Shown here: piece after piece, positions 1 to 9,147 of the stretch
Numbering within the stretch: the first letter of the stretch is position 1
How the letters are laid out: every line of letters starts with the position of its first letter
DNA from: an uncultured Oscillospiraceae bacterium
GTDB lineage: Bacteria; Bacillota; Clostridia; Saccharofermentanales; Fastidiosipilaceae
Reading direction: 5' to 3'
DNA: 54,809 bases
Assembly: GCA_964401615.1 (NCBI GenBank)
Contig: CAYNZF010000001.1
Coordinates: forward strand, 1 to 54,809
The notes under the pieces: generated by a model
Database searches by the model: none
What the model was told of the DNA's origin: nothing
The model's input: the letters and a program-made list of their open reading frames with translations, nothing else
Made by a program: the position numbers and the translations under genes

Positions 1-83
1 TTCGTTCCTTCTCCTCGAACGGATTGATTTTCAAATGGGCTGTTGAGCAGTAACCACTACTTAATTTTTAATGACAAGCTTAT

Positions 84-112
84 CAGACACGAGCGGTCGG
101 CGGTGCTATAAT
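84..112 (+). promoter_or_regulatory. candidate sigma-A promoter for the ECF S-component gene
   Basis: CAGACA (84-89), 17-nt spacer, TATAAT (107-112), with TG at 104-105. The -10 ends 8 nt before ATG 121 and no SD is visible in between. Confidence 0.35.
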
Positions 113-120
113 CTTGAGCT

Positions 121-621
121 ATGAAAACGAAATTCGACACGAGAAAAATTACTCTGGCAGGAATCCTGATCGCCCTGGTCACTGTGATGACCGTATTAAT
201 ACACATCCCTATACCCGGATCTCAGGGCTATGTGAACCTGGGTGATGCGGTCTTGATTTTTTCCGGGCTCTTTTTCGGTCCCTTGATGGGAGGCTTGACC
301 GGTGGCATCGGCAGCGCGCTGGCTGATTTGCTGCTGGGTTATACCGCCTACGTCCCGGTCACCCTGATCGTAAAAGGGCTGGAAGGTGCCCTGGCCGGCC
401 TCTTAATGCGTACTCACTTAAAAAAGTACCCTCTTGTCATCGCCTTGATGTGCGGACTGTGGATGGTTCTCGGATATTATCTCGCTGAAATTTTTCTTTA
501 CGGTCCTGTCGCGGCTCTGGCTGCTGTACCGGCGAACCTCGGGCAAGGTCTGGTGGGGGCTCTGGTCGGGACCTTGCTGTTCGATCGCCTGAAGCGCTTG
601 GATCTGAAAATTTTGCGTTAA
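121..621 (+). CDS. ECF transporter S component (substrate-capture membrane protein, specificity unknown)
   Basis: 166 aa, almost entirely hydrophobic, with Gly-rich helices (GPLMGGLTGGIGSALADLLLGY) typical of ECF S / ThiW-QueT-like proteins. Confidence 0.7.
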   Translation: MKTKFDTRKITLAGILIALVTVMTVLIHIPIPGSQGYVNLGDAVLIFSGLFFGPLMGGLTGGIGSALADLLLGYTAYVPVTLIVKGLEGALAGLLMRTHLKKYPLVIALMCGLWMVLGYYLAEIFLYGPVAALAAVPANLGQGLVGALVGTLLFDRLKRLDLKILR

Positions 622-651
622 ATGAATACAGCCCGGGCGCGGACCTATGAA

Positions 652-936
652 CTAAGCTTTCTCAAAGGATTCCACGATACTTCTGGCAAAAACAGCCCCC
701 TCTTCAAGCAGCGTAACCTGCTTGTTCTTGTACTTTCCTTCATCGATCAAGCCGTAGCGATGCAGGTTGTCCAGCACTGCAAAGCTGTAGCTTTTGGGTG
801 CTTTCAAAGTCGCTTCCTCAATTAAACCAAGTTGTAAAAGTTTATCAGAAGCTTCATCCTCAACCGAGTGTAGATAAATGAGCGCGAGTGTCAATTTTTC
901 AATTGTTGAAAGCTCTATTGGATTCGTTTCGTGCAT
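652..936 (-). CDS. small cytoplasmic protein, DUF6429-like (function unknown)
   Basis: 94 aa. AAGGAG lies 8 nt upstream of ATG 936. The C-terminal LHRYGLIDEGKYKNKQVTLLEEG segment resembles DUF6429 as I recall it. The antisense ORF 622-825 has no RBS. Confidence 0.6.
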   Translation of the reverse strand: MHETNPIELSTIEKLTLALIYLHSVEDEASDKLLQLGLIEEATLKAPKSYSFAVLDNLHRYGLIDEGKYKNKQVTLLEEGAVFARSIVESFEKA

Positions 937-1059
937 AAATAATACTCCTTAGTTAGTGAATTTTTTCTGTGTTGCTTGTTGCCGAGTGCGCAGCCTTTTT
1001 TTGATTTCCACGGCCTTCATTGTACAATAGTTAAAAATGATTCAGTTGAGGAGATAAAC

Positions 1060-2754
1060 ATGAAATTCCAAGATTTTCCATATCAACGCCCTGTACCTGA
1101 AGGGACGATCGCTGCAGTCAATGCGCAGTTGAGCTTATTTCAAGAAGCTGAAGATGCAGCGGGCCAAATCACGGCCATCTCCCGCCTCAACGAAATTTTT
1201 AGTCATGTTAATACCATGAGAACGCTGGCCAGCATAAGGCACGAAATCAGTACCAAAGATTCCTTCTACGATGAAGAGCAGAATTTTTTTGATCGTTTCG
1301 ATCCACAAATGCAGGACCTCTTGAACAAGCATTACCAAACGCTTTGCCAATCACCTTATCGCGCAGAATTGGAAAAATACTACGGTGTGCACCTTTTCAA
1401 AATCGCAGAAGTAAGCCTGGAAAGTTTCAGGCCGGAAATCATGGACGACCTCGCAGAGGAAAACCAGCTGACAACGCGCTACACCAAGCTTTTAGCCTCA
1501 GCACGCATTGAATTTGACGGTAAAATCCTCAACCTTTCCCAGCTCGATCCCTACATTCAATCCATCGATCGCAGTACCCGCCGTGCCGCAGTCGCGGCCA
1601 AATTTGCTTTTTTCGCAGAGCATGAAGCTGAACTCGATGAAATCTACTCAGAGCTCGTCGCTGTGCGTGACCGCATGGCGAAGAAACTTGGTTATGAGAA
1701 TTTCGTGCAGCTAGGCTACAACCGCATGGGACGCACCGACTACGGAGCGGAGCAAGTCGCACAGTTCCGATCTCAAGTGAAAAGAGATCTCGTGCCCATC
1801 ACCACTCGCTTACGCGAGCGCCAGGCTAAACGGCTCAAGCTCGAACAACTCGCATTTCACGATGAAAGCCTCGCCTTCCTCAGCGGAAATGCAGTTCCGG
1901 AGGGCGATGCAGACTGGATTTTAGAAAATGCCAAAATTATGTACGACCAGCTTTCCCCGGAAAGTTCAGAATTTTTCAAGGTGATGACGGAACGAAATTT
2001 GCTTGATCTTGTCGCTAAAGAAGGCAAGGCAGGGGGCGGCTTTTGCACTATGATTCCTGACTACAAGCTGCCTTTCATTTTTTCGAACTTTAACGGGACC
2101 GCCGGTGATGTCGAGGTGCTGACACACGAAGCGGGGCACGCTTTCCAGGTCTATCGCAGCCGTGACATGCTCGTACCTGAGTATTATTTCCCCACCATGG
2201 AAGCTTGTGAAATCCACTCAATGAGCATGGAATTTTTGACCTGGCCATGGATGCATCGCTTCTTTGGTCCTCAAACCGATAAATTCAAATTCAATCACCT
2301 GGCCGAAGCGCTCTTGTTCATTCCCTACGGGGTGACCGTTGACGCTTTTCAGCATTGGGTCTACGAAAACCCGACGGCAGCTCCGGCTGAGCGAAAAGCA
2401 CAATGGCACGAATTGGAACAGGTATTTCTACCTTCCCGCGACTATGACGACATCGATTTTTTGGAACGCGGGGGCTTCTGGATGCGTCAGTCCCACATTT
2501 TTAACGCGCCTTTTTACTACATTGATTACACGCTCGCCCAGACCTGCGCTCTGCAGCTTTGGAAGGACGCACAAACTCAGCCCGCAGAAACATGGCGCCG
2601 CTATCTCGCCCTCTGCGATTTAGGCGGCAGCAAGCCCTTCACCGAACTGGTCGAAGCGGCAGGTTTACGTAATCCCTTCACAGAGGGCTGCCTGGCTTCT
2701 GTTACGCCTGCGATACAGAAATACCTGGATGAGGTGGATGACAGCGCATTCTGA
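1060..2754 (+). CDS. M3-family oligoendopeptidase (PepF-like zinc metallopeptidase)
   Basis: HEAGHAF (HExxH) zinc motif. GAGGAG lies 6 nt upstream of ATG 1060. The ORF-track start 976 is an upstream in-frame TTG without an RBS. Confidence 0.85.
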   Translation: MKFQDFPYQRPVPEGTIAAVNAQLSLFQEAEDAAGQITAISRLNEIFSHVNTMRTLASIRHEISTKDSFYDEEQNFFDRFDPQMQDLLNKHYQTLCQSPYRAELEKYYGVHLFKIAEVSLESFRPEIMDDLAEENQLTTRYTKLLASARIEFDGKILNLSQLDPYIQSIDRSTRRAAVAAKFAFFAEHEAELDEIYSELVAVRDRMAKKLGYENFVQLGYNRMGRTDYGAEQVAQFRSQVKRDLVPITTRLRERQAKRLKLEQLAFHDESLAFLSGNAVPEGDADWILENAKIMYDQLSPESSEFFKVMTERNLLDLVAKEGKAGGGFCTMIPDYKLPFIFSNFNGTAGDVEVLTHEAGHAFQVYRSRDMLVPEYYFPTMEACEIHSMSMEFLTWPWMHRFFGPQTDKFKFNHLAEALLFIPYGVTVDAFQHWVYENPTAAPAERKAQWHELEQVFLPSRDYDDIDFLERGGFWMRQSHIFNAPFYYIDYTLAQTCALQLWKDAQTQPAETWRRYLALCDLGGSKPFTELVEAAGLRNPFTEGCLASVTPAIQKYLDEVDDSAF

Positions 2755-2810
2755 TTTAAACGAATATTATTTCGACCCTTGAAGCCGGGCGAGCTTGATT
2801 TGTGGAGTGT

Positions 2811-3359
2811 TTATTGCTGCTCATCAAGCCAGGCCCGGTTGCATTCGATTAATTCCGCCAAAGTTCTCGGGATATAATCCACAATCTCAACACTTGCGTT
2901 GAGCGCTCTCTCTACTTGTTTCATCAGTTGATAACTCTGTTTTTTGACATTGTGCAAGTGTCCGTAAACGTGGTAAGAGCCATTGTAAAAACCCGACCAT
3001 TCCACCAGGGGATAATGGCAAAGCGTCACATGACAATTCATGCTCGCGTCACGCACTTCCAACAGCTTGTCAACAGATGCGAATGCCCCAAGCGCGTTCT
3101 TGTTCGCCAGAAGCTCCGAATCATGATTTCCGACAAGCAAGTGCTTGATGCCCGGTAATTGTTCCAGATAGGTAGAGACGGAGGTTTTGTTTCGATAGGC
3201 AAAATCACCCACCACAAACACATCATCGTTAGGGCGCACTTTTTCCTGCCAGCGCGTGATCATGACCGCGTCCATCTCTGCGACACTGCCAAAGCCCCTT
3301 CCGCAGAGCTTGATGATGTTTTCATGGCCAAAATGGGTATCCGCGATGTAAAAATACAT
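2811..3359 (-). CDS. metallophosphoesterase family protein
   Basis: 182 aa with IADTHFGH, VVGDF and LVGNHD motifs of calcineurin-like phosphoesterases. It starts 3 nt after cdd on the same strand. Confidence 0.8.
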   Translation of the reverse strand: MYFYIADTHFGHENIIKLCGRGFGSVAEMDAVMITRWQEKVRPNDDVFVVGDFAYRNKTSVSTYLEQLPGIKHLLVGNHDSELLANKNALGAFASVDKLLEVRDASMNCHVTLCHYPLVEWSGFYNGSYHVYGHLHNVKKQSYQLMKQVERALNASVEIVDYIPRTLAELIECNRAWLDEQQ

Positions 3360-3362
3360 GGC

Positions 3363-3797
3363 TTAATGCTGCAAATTGCGGGGACCGAAACGGTCCGGCA
3401 GCAGGGCGTTCATGCTGCTGAGCTGGTAATCGGTCTCGGAGCGCGCAATGATGATGGGCATGTCCGCTTCGCAAAATTCCGCTAAAAACTGACGGCAGAT
3501 TCCGCAAGGGAAAGCCAGATCCTGCTTCTCGTCTGTTTGATCCATGAGACCGCCGCTCACGGCAAGTGCCATGAATTGAAGTTCTCCCTGAGCCACGGCT
3601 TGGAGCACCGCGCTGCGTTCCGCACAAATACTGGCACCGTAAGACGCATTTTCAACATTGCAGCCGCTGTAAATCTTCCCGGAAGCACCGAGCAACGCAG
3701 CACCTACCTGATATTGCGAGTAAGGCGCGTAAGCCTGCCGGCGAGCGGCCATCGCACAGTCAATGAGTTCAAGATAGTTCAGTTCATCCATGGTCAC
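3363..3797 (-). CDS. cdd: cytidine deaminase
   Basis: 144 aa with zinc-ligand motifs CAERSA and PCGICRQ. Confidence 0.9.
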   Translation of the reverse strand: MTMDELNYLELIDCAMAARRQAYAPYSQYQVGAALLGASGKIYSGCNVENASYGASICAERSAVLQAVAQGELQFMALAVSGGLMDQTDEKQDLAFPCGICRQFLAEFCEADMPIIIARSETDYQLSSMNALLPDRFGPRNLQH

Positions 3798-3867
3798 CCC
3801 TCCTGTATTCCGTTCGTGAGTTCATCATATCACGAGCCGAAGACCAATCTCAAATCAGCCCGTTATC

Positions 3868-3884
3868 GATGGATGGATGGATGG
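3868..3884. repeat. tetranucleotide microsatellite (GATG)x4
   Basis: gatggatggatggatgg read directly in the cdd / MMPL divergent intergenic region. Confidence 0.9.
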
Positions 3885-3940
3885 CTGGACGAAAAACATA
3901 TAAATTCGTTGTGGTTTGACTTTTTGAATAACTATGCTAG

Positions 3941-3970
3941 TTGTATTATTTCAAGCAGCTTGGCTATAAT
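3941..3970 (+). promoter_or_regulatory. candidate promoter of the MMPL-YhgE operon
   Basis: TTGTAT (3941-3946), 18-nt spacer, TATAAT (3965-3970). Confidence 0.4.
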
Positions 3971-4032
3971 CATATTAGGTTCGTCAATTCGCACCTTAAC
4001 ACAGCTCGGCTGTGGATGTGGGAGGTCCTGAT

Positions 4033-6255
4033 TTGAGTCATATTGCCAAATTTGTTTTAAAACACCGTAAATTAGTCGCCATTCTTTTTTTGATCGCTTT
4101 GCTGATAAGTGTTCTGATGATTCCACTTGTCAAAATCAACTATAATCTGGCTGATTATGTCCCCGCCAAAGCGGACTCAACCATCGCGGTTGAAGTCATG
4201 AGCAGTGAGTTTGAGCAGGCCATACCCAACGTACAGGTTTATGTCCCGGATCTCACTTTGCCTGAAGCATTGGCCTTAAAAGAAAAAATAGCCGCCAGTC
4301 CCTCCGTCACGGATGTCTTGTGGCTGGACGATGTCATTGATGTCTACAAACCCTTGAATTTGGCCGATCCGTCAACGGTTGAGGGATATTACAAAAACAA
4401 AGGCGCACTTTTTCAGGTCACCGTGGATGACAGCGATCAACCCGCCTCACTCAAATTACTCCAGACGATCGCCGGCGAAGAGGGTGCGGTTTCCGGTCAG
4501 TTGGTCGCACTCGCCAAGGCACAGATGGCGGTCACGAGCGAAATCACCACCATTATGATTTTTGCCGTGCCGCTGACGATACTGATCTTGCTGCTGGCGA
4601 CCCACTCCTGGTTGGAGCCTCTGCTGCTTCTGATTTCCATCATCGTTTCGGTCGTCTTGAACATGGGGACCAACCTGATTTTCGGACAAATTTCTTTCAT
4701 CACACAATCTGTGGCAGCCGTGCTGCAATTGGCGGTCTCAATGGATTACGCGATTTTTATGCTGCATCGTTTTAATCAATATCGCAAAGAAGGTCTCGAC
4801 ACCGCGACTGCGATGGAAAAGGCGATGACGAAAGCTTTTTCCGCGATCACCTCATCCGCTCTCACCACCTTTTTTGGATTTCTGGCCTTGGTTTTTATGC
4901 GATTCAAGCTGGGGCCGGACCTCGGATTTGTCCTGGCAAAAGGAATCCTTTTCAGCCTTATCTCCGTAATTTTATTCCTGCCGGTCATGACAAGCTATCT
5001 TTACAAATGGATCGACAAAACAACACATCGGCCCTTCACCCCTTCTTTTGCCAAATTCGGTCGGGGCATTGTAAAAATCCATTGGGGTATCCTCCTGGTG
5101 GTCGGCATCCTGTTGCTTCCGTCTTTTTTGGCCCAGAAAGAAAATGATTTTATATACGGTATGGGAGCTTATGAAAGCGATTCACGTGAGGAGCGCGATC
5201 GTGAATTGATTCGCCGAGAATTCGGAGACAACTTGCAGATGGCTATCCTTGTGCCGAACGGTGATCCGGTCAGGGAACAAGCACTGCTCGACGCGCTGGA
5301 AGCCATCCCGGATGTTGAATCGGTGATCTCATTGCTCAGCATGACCAGTGCCCAGATTCCTGTTGAAATTTTGCCCGCCTCTGAAATACGGCAGCTGCGC
5401 AGCGAAAATTACAGCCGCATGGTCGTGATCGCGCATTCACTTCCGGAAGGAGACCACGCTTTCAAGCTCGCAGAACAGCTCCGTGCCACGGTCGGGACGA
5501 TTTATCCTCAGGACGCCCATCTGGCCGGTGAGAATTTCAGTACACTGGACATGCGCGATACAATCCGTACGGACGAAGCGATCGTCAATGGTTTGGCTAT
5601 TCTGGCTGTCGGTCTTGTGCTCTTGTTCACTTTCAAGTCCATTTCTCTGCCTCTCATATTGCTGCTCACCATCGAAGGATCCATTTGGATAAATCTGGCT
5701 ATCCCCTATTTTTCGGGGACGAGACTCAGTTATATCGGTTATTTGGTCATCAGTACCGTCCAGCTTGGTGCTACTGTGGACTACGGAATTTTGTACACTC
5801 AGCATTACATGGATAATCGGAAAATTTACCCGAAAAAGAAAGCCGCGGCCCAGTCCCTGGCTGAAACCTTGCCCTCACTTTTGCCACCTGCTTTGATCCT
5901 GACCGTCATCGGTTACATCCTGGGATTGATTTCCAGCATCACGATCGTCAGCGAGCTGGGCACGGTATTGGGACGCGGGGCGTCCTTGTCATTTTTGATG
6001 GTGGCGACCTTCTTACCGGCATTGATGATCCTGCTGGATCCTTTGATCAAGCGAACGACCTTGAGGGCCTCTTTCTTCAAGTCAAAATTGTTTACCGTCC
6101 CCAAGTTGGACGACAGCGACTATATCAGCGACAATGCTGAGATTGAGACGGTCTCGCTTGCTTATCCCGATGAGATTCGCACCGTTGAAAAAAATTCACT
6201 GCAGATGTTCACAGACGAAAGTCCCTCAAAGGAGGCCAAAAATGAAATCAAATAA
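4033..6255 (+). CDS. MMPL/RND-superfamily membrane transporter
   Basis: Two TM-helix bundles, each preceded by a large soluble loop (the MMPL layout). GGAGG at 4021-4025 is followed by in-frame TTG 4033. The ORF-track start 4012 lacks an RBS. Confidence 0.8.
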   Translation: MSHIAKFVLKHRKLVAILFLIALLISVLMIPLVKINYNLADYVPAKADSTIAVEVMSSEFEQAIPNVQVYVPDLTLPEALALKEKIAASPSVTDVLWLDDVIDVYKPLNLADPSTVEGYYKNKGALFQVTVDDSDQPASLKLLQTIAGEEGAVSGQLVALAKAQMAVTSEITTIMIFAVPLTILILLLATHSWLEPLLLLISIIVSVVLNMGTNLIFGQISFITQSVAAVLQLAVSMDYAIFMLHRFNQYRKEGLDTATAMEKAMTKAFSAITSSALTTFFGFLALVFMRFKLGPDLGFVLAKGILFSLISVILFLPVMTSYLYKWIDKTTHRPFTPSFAKFGRGIVKIHWGILLVVGILLLPSFLAQKENDFIYGMGAYESDSREERDRELIRREFGDNLQMAILVPNGDPVREQALLDALEAIPDVESVISLLSMTSAQIPVEILPASEIRQLRSENYSRMVVIAHSLPEGDHAFKLAEQLRATVGTIYPQDAHLAGENFSTLDMRDTIRTDEAIVNGLAILAVGLVLLFTFKSISLPLILLLTIEGSIWINLAIPYFSGTRLSYIGYLVISTVQLGATVDYGILYTQHYMDNRKIYPKKKAAAQSLAETLPSLLPPALILTVIGYILGLISSITIVSELGTVLGRGASLSFLMVATFLPALMILLDPLIKRTTLRASFFKSKLFTVPKLDDSDYISDNAEIETVSLAYPDEIRTVEKNSLQMFTDESPSKEAKNEIK

Positions 6256-8539
6256 ACTCAAGCACAGACATCGTGGCTCAAAGCTCCTGATTGCAATTCT
6301 TTGTGCCGCTTTGATTTTTCCTGCTTTACTTTCCAATCCTGTTCAGGCTCTTGCTCCGCCCAAAGACGAAGTGGTCTACGGGAAGCTGCTGGCAGACGGC
6401 ACGGTCGAGCAGGTTTATGTGGTCAATGCTTTCACTTTGCCTGAAAAGTCACTCGTCCTGGATCAAGGCAACTACAGTGAAGTGCTCAATCTGAGCAACA
6501 CCAATCCCATCGATTATAAAAACGGGACCATCGCGGTCAGCGCCGAGCAAGGTCGTTTTTATTATCAAGGAAACATGCGTTCCAAAGAATTGCCCTGGCT
6601 CCTCAACATCAAGTACAGCCTGGACGGCCAAAGCATCCCCGCGTCCGGTCTGTCGGGCCGGGCCGGTGCGTTCGAAATGCGCATGATAATTGACCGCAAC
6701 CCCAAAGTGGACGAAGTATACTTTAAAAATTTCGTCTTACAAATCACAATGACGGTTAATGCGGAGAAAGCCATAAATCTGCTGGCGGAGGGTGCGACCA
6801 TCGCCAATGCCGGCGGCGATAAAGTGATCAACTGGATGGTCCTGCCCGGCCAGACCGCTGAGTACGTTTTCACCGCGGACATAAAGAATTTTTCTATGGC
6901 GGGTTTACAGATCAGTGCGGTGCCGCTCCAACTAAAATTCGAGATGCCGGACATGACACAATTTACAGGCCAGTTCGCTGACTTGCACAACGGGGTGGCT
7001 GAACTTAACAGCGGTGCCCAAAAGCTCCTTGAGGGTGCCAATTCACTCGTTTCCGGAGCTGCTGAATCCGCGTCCGGTGCACAAACTCTGGCGAACAACG
7101 GGCCACGACTCGCCAGCGGATTGAGCGATTTAAAAGACGGCATCGTTCAGTATGGCCAAGGGCTGTCATCCTATGTCGACGGAGTAGCTCAGCTTGGCAG
7201 CGGCAGCGACCAGGTTTTAACGGGCTTCCGGCAATTCACAGATGGTCTTGATGCGCTCAAAGTCAATGGTGACAGTCTGAGCAGCGGCTCATCCGACATT
7301 GCTGCCGCACTGGCACAAATGGCGGCCCTAATGAGCGGAGGCCAGACTCCGGACAGCGGCAGCGCTGCTCAACTCAGCGATTTAGTCAGTGGATCTCAGG
7401 CGTTTTATGAGGGGCTGAAAGCTACGAGTGAGGGTTTAACTGCCATTACAGGTCCGTTGACTGAAACAAGCGCAGGACTGGCCGGCCTTTCGTCAGGTTT
7501 GACTGACGCCGCCGAAGCCTTACCCAATATTGCAGCGGGTTTAAATCAATCCAACGCGGGCTTTTCGAACTTACTTGACAGTTTCGTCATACCCGCGCCG
7601 GTTGTCGGATCTGAACTAAGCGCTCAGCTTGGCCTCGGCGATCCCGGCAACCCTGATGTACAAATTCTGCTAGGCTACATCGAAGGCAGCTCTGCTGAAA
7701 CCAGCGGCCGGCTAAGTGCTTTGAAGAGCGGTCTCGGGGACCTGCTCACAGGCTATCAAAACCTGAGCAGCGGCCTCGATTCCGCTGCTTCCGGTATCTC
7801 AACGGCTGCAAGCAACTTAGCCACGTTGTCTGAAGGCTTGATTGAAATTTCCACAAATCTTGAAGCACTCAATACCGGCCTTACCACCCTTGTCAGCTCG
7901 TACTCAGCGCTCAACGATGGAATCGCAGCCCTGGCGTCACAGCTTGAGCAGCTGCCTCAACTCGCAGCCGGAATCAGCACACTGTCAAGCGAATACGCGA
8001 GCTTTGACACAGGACTTAAGGCCTATGTTGATGGTGTAAGCCAATTGGCTTCGGGTACCGATGGCCTGGATACGGGATTGTCCGCCCTAAACAGCGGAAT
8101 CAGCCAGCTCAGCAGCCCCGGAACAAGTCTCAAGGATGGAGCTGATGACTTGAGCCGTGGGGCTGCCTCAGCAGCGGAAGGTGTTACCGCTTACAGTAAA
8201 GGTGTACAGGCACTCGCCGGCGGCCTGATCCAGTATAAAGACGGCATGCAAAGCTACAGCAATGGAATTGCGGATTATGCGAGTGGCACACAGCTGTTTG
8301 AGGATTCGATCAAGGACATCGATACGAAAATTGAGGAGAGCATGAACGCTGAGATCGAAAAAATGGTCGGTGGGGAATTCACTCTGAAGTCCTTTACCTC
8401 CCCACAAAACGCAGCCATCAACTCTGTGCAGTTTGTCCTCATGACACCCGAAATAGCCGCCCCCGCTGAAGCGGAGGCAGCTCCTGAAAGCGAAGTTCAA
8501 GAATCGTTCTGGGACAGACTATTGGGACTCTTTCGCTAA
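6242..8539 (+). CDS. YhgE/Pip-domain-like exported protein with long Leu/Gly/Ser heptad-like repeats
   Basis: AAGGAGG at 6229-6235, ATG 6242. The start overlaps the MMPL stop by 14 nt. N-terminal signal/anchor LLIAILCAALIFPALLSNPVQA. The central ~450 aa are reiterated xxLxxGxxxL motifs. No C-terminal TM bundle. Confidence 0.7.
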   Translation: MKSNKLKHRHRGSKLLIAILCAALIFPALLSNPVQALAPPKDEVVYGKLLADGTVEQVYVVNAFTLPEKSLVLDQGNYSEVLNLSNTNPIDYKNGTIAVSAEQGRFYYQGNMRSKELPWLLNIKYSLDGQSIPASGLSGRAGAFEMRMIIDRNPKVDEVYFKNFVLQITMTVNAEKAINLLAEGATIANAGGDKVINWMVLPGQTAEYVFTADIKNFSMAGLQISAVPLQLKFEMPDMTQFTGQFADLHNGVAELNSGAQKLLEGANSLVSGAAESASGAQTLANNGPRLASGLSDLKDGIVQYGQGLSSYVDGVAQLGSGSDQVLTGFRQFTDGLDALKVNGDSLSSGSSDIAAALAQMAALMSGGQTPDSGSAAQLSDLVSGSQAFYEGLKATSEGLTAITGPLTETSAGLAGLSSGLTDAAEALPNIAAGLNQSNAGFSNLLDSFVIPAPVVGSELSAQLGLGDPGNPDVQILLGYIEGSSAETSGRLSALKSGLGDLLTGYQNLSSGLDSAASGISTAASNLATLSEGLIEISTNLEALNTGLTTLVSSYSALNDGIAALASQLEQLPQLAAGISTLSSEYASFDTGLKAYVDGVSQLASGTDGLDTGLSALNSGISQLSSPGTSLKDGADDLSRGAASAAEGVTAYSKGVQALAGGLIQYKDGMQSYSNGIADYASGTQLFEDSIKDIDTKIEESMNAEIEKMVGGEFTLKSFTSPQNAAINSVQFVLMTPEIAAPAEAEAAPESEVQESFWDRLLGLFR

Positions 8540-8944
8540 GCGCTGTTGTCTGGCAAAATCCACTGCGTTTTGAACATCATTTTCTGTCGGTGATTTTCGG
8601 GAAAAGAGCAGAAATCCACCCTTACAAATGAATTCTTCACGCGCGACCCTGACCCCTTTGTCAAGAAGACGTCGGCGTACTTCTTCCTGAGGTTTTTCAC
8701 CCATGTTGGAAGTGACCAGGACGACTTCCCTCACCTCAGCTGCGCTGATCTTGTCCACCGCTTTGAGCAGCCCCGGATCAGATAGTCCCCCATAAAGACC
8801 TCCTGCGATAAAAAGCAGGTCCAGTTCCCGGAGCTCGGGTTCTGTGGCCGCGTCTATGGCCGGGCAGGCCAGAGCATTCGCGATGGCTGAGGCCAGTTTC
8901 TTTGAGTGACCGGTTTTGGTGAAATACAAGACCGCTGTCTTCAT
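8519..8944 (-). CDS. flavodoxin-like protein
   Basis: 141 aa. The N-terminal MKTAVLYFTKTGHSKKLA matches the flavodoxin FMN phosphate-binding loop pattern (T-x-T-G-x-T/S). Confidence 0.65.
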   Translation of the reverse strand: MKTAVLYFTKTGHSKKLASAIANALACPAIDAATEPELRELDLLFIAGGLYGGLSDPGLLKAVDKISAAEVREVVLVTSNMGEKPQEEVRRRLLDKGVRVAREEFICKGGFLLFSRKSPTENDVQNAVDFARQQRLAKESQ

Positions 8945-9044
8945 GGCTTTTCCTCCGGATGAGTGCTAAGAATGTTTCTACAAAAACATTGTACAACCGT
9001 GAGAACTTTTATGTATCTATGAAATCCCCTCGGTTCGACAAAAA

Positions 9045-9073
9045 TTGGACAAGCAGACGTTATTCTGTTAAAT
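9045..9073 (+). promoter_or_regulatory. candidate promoter of the ABC-F gene
   Basis: TTGGAC (9045-9050), 17-nt spacer, TTAAAT (9068-9073). Confidence 0.4.
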
Positions 9074-9147
9074 TACAGGATGGTTTTTTGCCAGCTTTCC
9101 CACACGAAAAAGTTCATTGATTCCAAATGACCGGATAAGGACTAATT

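Noticed and set aside
622-825. 67-aa plus-strand ORF
   Set aside because: It is antisense to the better-supported 94-aa gene, which has a strong AAGGAG RBS.
976-1059. Upstream TTG start of the PepF-like ORF
   Set aside because: It has no RBS, whereas GAGGAG precedes ATG 1060.
6565-7143. 192-aa antisense ORF inside the YhgE-like gene
   Set aside because: It is a shadow ORF opposite a repeat-rich coding region, with no RBS.
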